Below, one piece after another: positions 36,828-44,684 of a stretch of 64,000 bases of DNA. The position numbers and the translations under genes were made by a program. This stretch comes from a virus. Within the stretch, counting starts at the first letter, position 1. Each line of letters begins with the position of its first letter. Under the pieces are notes generated by a model. That model had not been told where the DNA came from. It worked only from the letters and a program-made list of their open reading frames with translations, and ran no database searches. The stretch lies in IMG/VR virus record IMGVR_UViG_3300037424_001177, positions 32,001 to 96,000 of that record. One strand, given 5' to 3'.

Positions 36828-38083
36828 ACACGTCAGATGTTGAGAGGCAACGGGCTTCGCACCAGACCAAGGAGGCGGGGGCTCTTCTCTATTTGATGGA
36901 GGAGTTAGGTGATGCGCGTCTTCGTTGTGACCAACTGGTTCGTTACATCGCAGACACAACTGTGTTGATCAACAAGTCTTCACATAAGGATCACATTTTC
37001 GAAACCGCGGGCCATCTCATCAACAGCATCCCTGAGACAGCCTTCAAGCTTCAAAAGGCTCTAGAGGCGACGGCTCTCGCAGCAGACCGTCTTGACTACG
37101 AGGAAATCAAGCAAGGGCTTTTGCCGGAGAAGGTGGAAGAGTTGGAACGTGTTCTCAAAGACGTGAGGATTCGTTATGTGCAGCGTCGTTCGGAGGATCG
37201 TCAGATGCAAGAAAATAGAGTGTCTATGAAGCCGAAACAAGCCGCGGACGAACTCCGTGAGATCGCAAAACTAGCTCGTGAGAGCGGAGCACTGGCGCTG
37301 GATCGTGTGGCCTCGTTGGTTGAGGGCTTGGATCCGGAAGGAGTAGTAACAACTCCTATGGTAGTTGCCTCGTCGATGCCTGACATTGGACAGGTTGCTG
37401 ATCAGCTAGAGCATTTGGCAAGCTCTTTGGAAGATCGGTCTTCACGTCCTAGCCCTCGTGAACTCGCTACAGTTTTGAGCCACACAGTCCCGGATGCTGT
37501 TGTCAACAAATTGGCGGCGGTAGATGACGCGCAAATAGCGATCGCGTTTGAGACCATGCGGAAGAGCATTGTGGTAGCCATGCGTCAGGCTAACGCGAAA
37601 CGTTATCGATTGTCTCTGACCAATTTGCTTGGAGTGGTCGACAGCATTGCGACAGTCTTAGTCCATCTCGGATCAACTGACACACAGAAATCGGAAGCTT
37701 TCAAGCGTGAGATCATGAGGACGCGTCTTGGGCTAGGGCGTGCTTTGAATGAGCTTTCCTTGGATCCTTCTGTTTTGGCAAGTTCTGATGACGCCAAACG
37801 CTCTCGCTTCGAAGAAGGCAAGCCGGCGGATCCTACCGAGAACATGTCCGAGGCCGACGCCAAGAAGTGGAAGATTGAACACGAGAAGAACAAGGACAAC
37901 TTCACGAAGGAAGCAGGAGATCCCACGGATAACATGTCCGAAGAGGACAAGAAAAAGTGGGAGGCAAACCAGTTCAAGAAGAAAGAGGCGGGAGACCCCA
38001 CTGAGAACATGTCTGAAGAAGACAAGAAGAAGTGGGAGGCAAATCAGTTCAAGAAGGAAGCAGCTCTCGCTTGGAAGGTTTGA
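36824..38083 (+). CDS. hypothetical helical protein with C-terminal DPTENMSE repeats
   Basis: Probable start TTG 36824 overlapping the upstream stop; three DPT.NMSE.D.KKW units. Confidence 0.6.
   Translation: MNTSDVERQRASHQTKEAGALLYLMEELGDARLRCDQLVRYIADTTVLINKSSHKDHIFETAGHLINSIPETAFKLQKALEATALAADRLDYEEIKQGLLPEKVEELERVLKDVRIRYVQRRSEDRQMQENRVSMKPKQAADELREIAKLARESGALALDRVASLVEGLDPEGVVTTPMVVASSMPDIGQVADQLEHLASSLEDRSSRPSPRELATVLSHTVPDAVVNKLAAVDDAQIAIAFETMRKSIVVAMRQANAKRYRLSLTNLLGVVDSIATVLVHLGSTDTQKSEAFKREIMRTRLGLGRALNELSLDPSVLASSDDAKRSRFEEGKPADPTENMSEADAKKWKIEHEKNKDNFTKEAGDPTDNMSEEDKKKWEANQFKKKEAGDPTENMSEEDKKKWEANQFKKEAALAWKV
37820..38060 (+). repeat. coding tandem repeats, last two units 75 bp (KEAGDPT.NMSEEDKKKWEANQFK)
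   Basis: Visible at both DNA and protein level. Confidence 0.85.
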
Positions 38084-38089
38084 CAGATC

Positions 38090-38398
38090 ATGTCTTACAG
38101 TTATGACCGGCGGGCGTCCATGTTAGTACCTCCAAACAAGCTTCTCGGTCACATGAATCAGTCCGTGGACAAGCTTTTGTCAGCTCGGATTGAGGTTCGC
38201 AAACTACACCTGGCTTTGGGTGAGGTGCGTCGAGATGCTAGCGGCTCAATGTACACTGACAACTACGACAATCCTGAAATCGAGAAGGTCGAAAAAGACT
38301 TGTATGAACTTGACCGTACGATTGGGGAAGCTTTTCGGTACATAGAGCGTCTCGAGAGGGATTTCAAATCGAAGTGGATCGTCCGATCGTTCGGTTGA
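38090..38398 (+). CDS. hypothetical coiled-coil protein
   Basis: Starts MSYSYDRRAS. Confidence 0.55.
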   Translation: MSYSYDRRASMLVPPNKLLGHMNQSVDKLLSARIEVRKLHLALGEVRRDASGSMYTDNYDNPEIEKVEKDLYELDRTIGEAFRYIERLERDFKSKWIVRSFG

Positions 38399-38406
38399 AG
38401 TAAGTT

Positions 38407-39207
38407 GTGTCACAGGCTTTCACAACACAGCGTGCGGTTTCGGAGACTCCTACAGGGGACCAGCCTAGTCGCGGACTTTCGTTACCTGCCGACATCCCTG
38501 GTCAGTCAACGCATGCGAAGCCTGTTGATGACACTCGTCGTCGGCCTAATCGTGATGAGCCCATTTGGAGAATCACGAACCCTACTGACAAGACCAAGGA
38601 GCACTCTCGTGTAGATGTCCGGGACGTCGGTGGTGAGACGAGCTACTTTGGTCTCGGCACACCGAACCCTCCGACCAAAACACAGTATCCGTACCGAGAC
38701 GACACCGACAACACCTACAAGGCTGCGGCATTTGTTGTCGAGCTTTGGCGTTTGGAAGGAGCCCCGACACTGTTGTTGTCCGTGGATTCAAGCATTCGGA
38801 CATCCACAACTCTGGAACAGATCTTGGAAGGTTTGGATACGAAATTCAAAGAGCGATCACTTGGGTGCTCCGCTGCTTTGAAGCGAGTTGACCCTAGAAA
38901 CCTTCGTTGGATCTTTAGCGTGAATTGCGGCAACGGAGCCAAAGCTGTCAAGGTTCGAGCCGTTCGTCGGGGATCGGCGGTACACTTCACGAAACTTGAC
39001 TTAGAGCTTTCGTGCTCTTGCCCTGCATGGCAGTGGCTGGGTCCAGAGTTTCATGCTCGGCAAGAAGCTTTTCAGCTCGGCAAGGCTCGTGGAACCGCCT
39101 CTCCACCCAACATACGAGACCCTGAGCGTGACAATCGTGTCTGTAAGCATGTAGCCGCGGTGTTAGCTACTACCAGACAGTGGGTTGTTCCACGTCGGGA
39201 AAAATAA
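38407..39207 (+). CDS. protein with SWIM-type Zn finger
   Basis: LSCSCPAW....CKH. Confidence 0.6.
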   Translation: MSQAFTTQRAVSETPTGDQPSRGLSLPADIPGQSTHAKPVDDTRRRPNRDEPIWRITNPTDKTKEHSRVDVRDVGGETSYFGLGTPNPPTKTQYPYRDDTDNTYKAAAFVVELWRLEGAPTLLLSVDSSIRTSTTLEQILEGLDTKFKERSLGCSAALKRVDPRNLRWIFSVNCGNGAKAVKVRAVRRGSAVHFTKLDLELSCSCPAWQWLGPEFHARQEAFQLGKARGTASPPNIRDPERDNRVCKHVAAVLATTRQWVVPRREK

Positions 39208-39609
39208 ATGCCTGTTTACACATTTCAAGATCAGAACGGGGTTCAGGTGTCTCGTCGACTCTCGTTCGAGGAGTTCGACTCTGTCAAGTCTGGGGCTAGA
39301 CAAATGCTCGACGGTGAAAACCGGCCGCTCAAGTTGGTGCTGACGGCATCCTTTCGCACTGTGTTGAAAGATGGAGTCTCCGGTGGCTGGATGTCGAAGG
39401 CTGGCAAGGAGAATAAATATCGAGCCCAGCATCGGAACGTTCTCGCTAAGCGTGAGAGAGATCACGTGGAAAAGCCACGTCTAGTACCCAACCTAGCAGG
39501 GGCTGAAGCTGCAACTTGGGCCGATGCCCAAGAGCAGGTTCGGGCAACAAAGGGCAACGAAGCCGCTTCTACTTATGACGCACTTGTTGCAAAGGAAGCG
39601 ACCTCATGA
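39208..39609 (+). CDS. hypothetical protein (FmdB-like N-terminus, Cys lost)
   Basis: MPVYTF start and LKDG..GGW. Confidence 0.45.
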   Translation: MPVYTFQDQNGVQVSRRLSFEEFDSVKSGARQMLDGENRPLKLVLTASFRTVLKDGVSGGWMSKAGKENKYRAQHRNVLAKRERDHVEKPRLVPNLAGAEAATWADAQEQVRATKGNEAASTYDALVAKEATS

Positions 39610-40253
39610 GGGATTTTTCGATCTTTCGCCGTCGGCCACATCTCGTCGACTTGTTGACGCCCAAGCGGTCCGGCGTCAAAGGATACCGTTTGGAAGCGGC
39701 TACCAATTTCGATGCCGTTTTCACGCCGATTTTGACCGCAGACATTTCCTCAGGGTATTTGGATCCAAATCTCAATTCAGCCGTTTTGCAGGCAATCAGC
39801 AACTCGCGCGACGAGATCCGGATCGCTTTCGATCCTACGTCGTTTGCTGCGTTAGCAGGGATCTCCGATACGCAACACTTTTGGCTGCGGTTCGTTCCCG
39901 TGGATTATGCCGGGGTTGCCGGCACGGCGGGCCCTCCGACTATCGTTTTGACCGATGCGGAACGCTATGGGCACGCACGAGTGCAAATCGCCGGTACGGC
40001 ACCAAACGCTGCGACTGTGGCCGGCTCACTCGAGCTTTGGCTGTTTCGTACCCGTGATCTCTACGTCAAGAACGAGGCCGCTGTAGGCGGTAGCGACTTG
40101 TACGTGGCAGTTCAAAGGGGTGGTCCAGAACGTCAGGTGTCTCCCCAGACAGTTTTGACTTACGAGGAAGGCCCACAGGACACTGTCTTGGTGAGAGGCG
40201 CTGGGGGCACGGTAGTGTTCTCGGCTGCGTTCGTGAACTACTTGCCTCGCTAG
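39606..40253 (+). CDS. putative virion structural protein
   Basis: Beta-rich, G/A/T-rich composition; lies in the structural cluster. Confidence 0.5.
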   Translation: MRDFSIFRRRPHLVDLLTPKRSGVKGYRLEAATNFDAVFTPILTADISSGYLDPNLNSAVLQAISNSRDEIRIAFDPTSFAALAGISDTQHFWLRFVPVDYAGVAGTAGPPTIVLTDAERYGHARVQIAGTAPNAATVAGSLELWLFRTRDLYVKNEAAVGGSDLYVAVQRGGPERQVSPQTVLTYEEGPQDTVLVRGAGGTVVFSAAFVNYLPR

Positions 40254-40264
40254 TTCCTTTATTG

Positions 40265-40284
40265 GGCTCCTGAACGTAGGAGCC
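40265..40284 (+). promoter_or_regulatory. hairpin sequestering the Shine-Dalgarno of the 40290 gene
   Basis: ggctcct (40265-71) pairs perfectly with aggagcc (40278-84), which contains SD AGGAG 7 nt before ATG 40290. Confidence 0.6.
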
Positions 40285-40289
40285 TCAAA

Positions 40290-40895
40290 ATGCTGCGACT
40301 CATACACGCCCAGACGGTTCAGGGTTCGATTCTTGTCGACGACATCGACGACGGTCTACCAAATAAAGGCGCTCACCGCCTAGGTAGTACAGGGGATCCC
40401 CGAGCCTACAAACGCGACGGCTATGCGAATGAGCCGAAGCAACCGTGCTATATCCGACGCACGAAAGCCAGTGAGCCGTTGATCCCTGGCTACATCGATT
40501 TGCGACTCACGACGCGTGTCACACACAGTCGTGATGGTGGCAAGATTCGTGGCCTCCTGAATGCAGGGTTGATCACCAGTCTCACATTCAGTCCGAGTGA
40601 TTTGACAGCTCCTGTCATCACAGCCTTGACGCTCAACTCCCCGGCAGCCGGAGATTTGACGATCACAGGAACAGGTTTCGTTTCAACGTCACCTGACATC
40701 ACCAGTGTGACGCTGACTGGGGCCGGAGTTGGAAGTGTTACGTTGACGCAAGCGCAAATCATTGCGGTTCCACCGGGTGCTGTAGGCGCTACGTCGATCG
40801 TGATCGACTCGACTTTGATTGCTGGCCTTGCTCCAGGGGACGTGGTTCGAGTTCGTGCCGACGGTCAGTTTAGCAACCAGTTCACACTTGTTTGA
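40290..40895 (+). CDS. putative virion protein with C-terminal IPT/TIG-like domain
   Basis: APVITAL...GDLTITGTGF...V.V...G..SN pattern. Confidence 0.55.
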   Translation: MLRLIHAQTVQGSILVDDIDDGLPNKGAHRLGSTGDPRAYKRDGYANEPKQPCYIRRTKASEPLIPGYIDLRLTTRVTHSRDGGKIRGLLNAGLITSLTFSPSDLTAPVITALTLNSPAAGDLTITGTGFVSTSPDITSVTLTGAGVGSVTLTQAQIIAVPPGAVGATSIVIDSTLIAGLAPGDVVRVRADGQFSNQFTLV

Positions 40896-40905
40896 GTGAA
40901 GTCGT

Positions 40906-41259
40906 GTGGCGTTCAGCATCATCCCACAAATTCTGGATGCAGAAGGCCAGAATTTTTATCGGACGGATCGTCGGTGGCAACCAAAAAACCTCATTCCCGA
41001 CCCGTACCGGAGAAACCTACTCAAGTTCGCAGAAACCAAACTCAACCAAGTTGTAGCTGCAATCCCAGAATTCAGGCAACTTGATCGCGCACCACTCTAC
41101 GTCAAACTCATCAACCGAATGCGGATCGATTTCAGGAAAGCAAAGTTTGCTTGGAACACAGACGACCTTGAGTTCATTCGGTCAATCAGCAAGTTTTTCA
41201 CTGACTACGGTCAGATACTACAGAATTTGAAGTTCGATGAGGCTCGAGGCCGTCTCTAG
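40906..41259 (+). CDS. hypothetical protein
   Basis: ORF with AT-richer, K/F-rich composition than its neighbours. Confidence 0.45.
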   Translation: MAFSIIPQILDAEGQNFYRTDRRWQPKNLIPDPYRRNLLKFAETKLNQVVAAIPEFRQLDRAPLYVKLINRMRIDFRKAKFAWNTDDLEFIRSISKFFTDYGQILQNLKFDEARGRL

Positions 41260-41275
41260 TAAGGAGCAAAAGCAA

Positions 41276-42445
41276 ATGCGTTTAGGAGTTGTTCGTGGCG
41301 ATCTACCGGGGCCTCTTCTCATCGGAGACGTAGAACCCATCTCCCAACATCGAGCACCTGTTGAGCCTCGGGGTCAAGAGCGTTATGTGGGTCGTCCCAC
41401 GGTGGCGGAAGTTGAAGCTGTCTTGGCGCACGCCACGACAGGTGCGGGAGCTACCATTCAAGGATCTGACATTGCCGGATCCTTTCCGTTGACGATTGAC
41501 GGAACCAACGACGACCTGCGGATCCGTACGAGTGCTGCTGCATCGTTCACTGTGCTGCTTGTTCCTCAGGCGGTTTACGCTTCTCTGACAACGCTTCTGG
41601 CGGCTCTCAATACGGTTTTGACTGCCTTGGGTGTCACCGCACGCCAGGGTACAGGAAGCGGTTCCAGAGTCGCTCTGGAAGGCCCACACGGGGTCTCTTC
41701 CTATGTGGAAATCGACTCGGTTGCGAACGGGTCTGTTGCGAACACTCCTCTCGGTCTTGGTGCTGCGGCTCTTGCTCGGACGATGCCTGCTGCTGCGACG
41801 TACATCACGGCTTTGAACCCGGTTGCCGGAGTCCTAGACGTATCGGTTGCAACGATCAGTGGGGTTGGCGCAAGCACCAATTCGTCTGCCTTGTCTTTGG
41901 TACCGACGAGTCGCGGTACGCATGAGAATTTGGCGGACGCGATTGCGCCGCAGTTCATCGAAACCACTGTCGCAGTTGAAAGCTTCATGTCAGGCCATAT
42001 TTTTGGTTATCTGAGTTCATCTTTCAACCCAGATTCCCGTCGTGGTTTGCCCAGTGGTGCAGCTGTATCTGCGGTACAAGACGATGGAGTTTCACTCTTC
42101 ACTGCACCGCTGCCTAACATCACACTCGTGGTTTTGGCTGGGACCGTGACGATTACTGGCGTAGGCCTTGGCTCGTTCGACAGCAAGGAAACTGTCGTTC
42201 AGTTGGTTACCGGACAGACTGTCATCCGGCTTGATCAGGTTCGAATCGAGCAGGCAGGCGGATCTGTTTCGGCGACTTCAATCGTGGTTCCGGCTTCGTT
42301 GGTTTCAGGGCTTACGCTGGCTACGCTAGTTCGTGTTCAAGTTCGAGGCCACGTGTCCTCACAAGTCTCCATCAATTCGCTAGATGTCGTGTTGGGCGAT
42401 ACGATGGCCGCGACGGATTCGGCGCCTACAGTCGACATTCTGTAG
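41276..42445 (+). CDS. putative virion structural protein (IPT-like C-terminus)
   Basis: SD AAGGAG; A/G/T/S/V-rich; VTITGVGLG...SATSIVV resembles the 40290 C-terminus. Confidence 0.55.
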   Translation: MRLGVVRGDLPGPLLIGDVEPISQHRAPVEPRGQERYVGRPTVAEVEAVLAHATTGAGATIQGSDIAGSFPLTIDGTNDDLRIRTSAAASFTVLLVPQAVYASLTTLLAALNTVLTALGVTARQGTGSGSRVALEGPHGVSSYVEIDSVANGSVANTPLGLGAAALARTMPAAATYITALNPVAGVLDVSVATISGVGASTNSSALSLVPTSRGTHENLADAIAPQFIETTVAVESFMSGHIFGYLSSSFNPDSRRGLPSGAAVSAVQDDGVSLFTAPLPNITLVVLAGTVTITGVGLGSFDSKETVVQLVTGQTVIRLDQVRIEQAGGSVSATSIVVPASLVSGLTLATLVRVQVRGHVSSQVSINSLDVVLGDTMAATDSAPTVDIL

Positions 42446-42543
42446 GCCTTCACACTCAAAATCAATATCCCGATTCGATCAAAACTCCCGATCCAGAAAC
42501 CCTATCCCTTTATCGTCAATTGACGTTTTAGGTCCAAAACAAG

Positions 42544-42819
42544 ATGGAAAAATCAGAACCCAATAACTCAGCGCAAAAATCAGAACCCAATTCTCCTCAA
42601 TACAAAACTACTGACTTGTATTTCGCGGCTTACTTGTCGGTTGCTGGATGCCAGCTGCTGCGGACGGAGAAAGCGAACAACAAAACGACTTTCGTTCTCG
42701 ACACGAGTCTGGCTAACTTCGATTCTTTGCGAAACGGCTGGTATTCGAGTCAGGGCAAGGTTGCCGCTCTCCCGTACGCAACGACTCTGAAGAACCTTAA
42801 AGCTGCCTGTCACGCCTGA
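42544..42819 (+). CDS. small phage protein, DUF5659-like
   Basis: YKTTDLYFAAYL motif; KSEPN duplicated at the N-terminus. Confidence 0.5.
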   Translation: MEKSEPNNSAQKSEPNSPQYKTTDLYFAAYLSVAGCQLLRTEKANNKTTFVLDTSLANFDSLRNGWYSSQGKVAALPYATTLKNLKAACHA

Positions 42820-42843
42820 TCGATTGAAAGTGGAGAACCTACC

Positions 42844-43230
42844 GTGAACAAGAGTGATTATCTGCGAGTCGCAGTCCTGAACCATGTTCTTCGGGGGATC
42901 CCTTTCACGCCTCCGACGACTTTGTATTTGGCTCTTGCGACAACCACTCCGACAAGCGCTGGTGGTGGATCGGAAGTTACTGCTCCGTCCTACGTGCGGC
43001 AACTCATGACGTTTGCAGTGCCCGTGTTGAACGTGTCGAGCGTCTCAGCTCCAATCATGTTTCCGACTCCTCTTGAGGCTTGGGGTAATCCTGCCGTTGG
43101 TGTCAAAGTGTACGACGCGTTGACGGCTGGCAACATGCTCTACTTTGGGGATCTAGCTACCCCAAAAGACATCGACATTGGCAATGACGTATTTTTTCCG
43201 GCTGGGTTTTTCAGCATTGCCGAGACCTGA
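42844..43230 (+). CDS. minor tail/fiber-associated protein
   Basis: YL...LNHV.RG..T...YLAL.T..P...G.EV....Y.RQ...F, DA.T.GN.L, a common minor-tail family pattern. Confidence 0.7.
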   Translation: MNKSDYLRVAVLNHVLRGIPFTPPTTLYLALATTTPTSAGGGSEVTAPSYVRQLMTFAVPVLNVSSVSAPIMFPTPLEAWGNPAVGVKVYDALTAGNMLYFGDLATPKDIDIGNDVFFPAGFFSIAET

Positions 43231-43241
43231 TCTGAGCCGAG

Positions 43242-43631
43242 ATGGCTGCGACATTTCGCAATCGGTCGGTACAAATCAACCAGGTCGTTTTTGATCAGGT
43301 TGACATCTTCAACTCGGACTTTTTCAATCCAGTCACCGGCCTCTTGCCAGCGAGCATCGGATTCACACTGACAGTCAACAATCAAGCTGTTGGTTGGACT
43401 CTAGTCGATGGTGTCGGCGTTGCAGATGGTTTGATCGTCGCAGGTTCAGTCTACTGGTCTGAGCTGCCTTCCTCAAGCTACGGGATCCGCTTTTTTCCTT
43501 CGTCTCTTGGTCGCTGGGTCCTCGATTTTGCTTTTGCGCCGTCTCCGTCGCAAAAGATCATGTTGGGGTTTGACGTTGTGAATTTGCCGACCTTCGTTGA
43601 ACAAGGTCTCCGTTCCAGTTTCTGTGTGTGA
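43242..43631 (+). CDS. putative virion protein
   Basis: Beta-rich ORF in the structural cluster. Confidence 0.5.
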   Translation: MAATFRNRSVQINQVVFDQVDIFNSDFFNPVTGLLPASIGFTLTVNNQAVGWTLVDGVGVADGLIVAGSVYWSELPSSSYGIRFFPSSLGRWVLDFAFAPSPSQKIMLGFDVVNLPTFVEQGLRSSFCV

Positions 43632-43751
43632 GGTGTTGTTGTTTCAATTTATCCGCCATCTCACAATGAGGCGACGGAAAACTCAACTTAGCAGAAGGAA
43701 TCTTGCGTCACAAGCAACTCCTTCTTTCTGTGTCTGAAGAAGAGGAAACCT

Positions 43752-44639
43752 ATGGCACTTTTTGATGTGACTTCGGATGAGCTTGTTGGGGTTCTCGACG
43801 AACCTGCGTTCGATTTGTTGTCGACAGGCACGTCAACGTTCGACCGCCAACCTTCGGAAGATGAGGACGCGTCAACCGATACGTTGTTGGATGACTTGAG
43901 TTACGAGCGTGTTTTTGGCGACGTTGCCTCTTTGGATCCGGATACTACGGTAGGAAGCCTGGAGTATGGCAGATCTTCGGATGATACTGCGTCTCTCGAT
44001 CCTGACGTTCTTGTGTCTGCTTTGGAGTACGGCAGATCTTCGGACGATGTGTTGTCGTTGGATCCAGACCTGATCGCTCTTGCCGCAGAGTACCAATACA
44101 CGTTAGGGGACGCCGCAGTTGTCGTCGACACCGTCACGGCTGGTCTTACACAAGAAAGCACGTCGACAGACAACATGTCGACTACTGACACTGTCTCGGC
44201 TGTGACAGAGCTGGGACGCGTTGTTTCGGATTCCGCGTTGTTGGCGGATTCAGTGGCTTACGCGATCGACGTCGCGTTGACACTTTCAGATGCGGTTACC
44301 GTTGCTGAGTTTTTAGCCGCGGGTCTCATCAAAGACGTCTTTCCTCAAGACTCAGTTGCTGCGTCAGATGAAACAAGTACAGCAGCTGCCTACGATCGGG
44401 ATCCAGTGCTCGACGTGTTCACAACTTCGGACGAGACGTATTCGTGGGTCAACGGGATCTTGTCAGCGACGCTTACAGGCGAAGCTGATTTGACTGCGAT
44501 CCTGGTCAAGCGACGACCGCCCCCGGCATTCACAAATGCTGCCCCTGCGCGAACGCAAGTGATCCCGCGGACGCAACCTGAGACGATTGAGCATTTCGTC
44601 GTCAATCCCGCACCTCCACGTCGACGCGAAGACCGCTGA
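43752..44639 (+). CDS. acidic D/S/T-rich repeat protein
   Basis: SLDPD..LEYGRSSDD repeats and SD.V...D repeats like those of the 51035 protein; SD GAGGA. Confidence 0.65.
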   Translation: MALFDVTSDELVGVLDEPAFDLLSTGTSTFDRQPSEDEDASTDTLLDDLSYERVFGDVASLDPDTTVGSLEYGRSSDDTASLDPDVLVSALEYGRSSDDVLSLDPDLIALAAEYQYTLGDAAVVVDTVTAGLTQESTSTDNMSTTDTVSAVTELGRVVSDSALLADSVAYAIDVALTLSDAVTVAEFLAAGLIKDVFPQDSVAASDETSTAAAYDRDPVLDVFTTSDETYSWVNGILSATLTGEADLTAILVKRRPPPAFTNAAPARTQVIPRTQPETIEHFVVNPAPPRRREDR

Positions 44640-44684
44640 CGATTGTTCAGCCGGTGTTCTAAAGAGCACGGCAAAGGAGAATAC

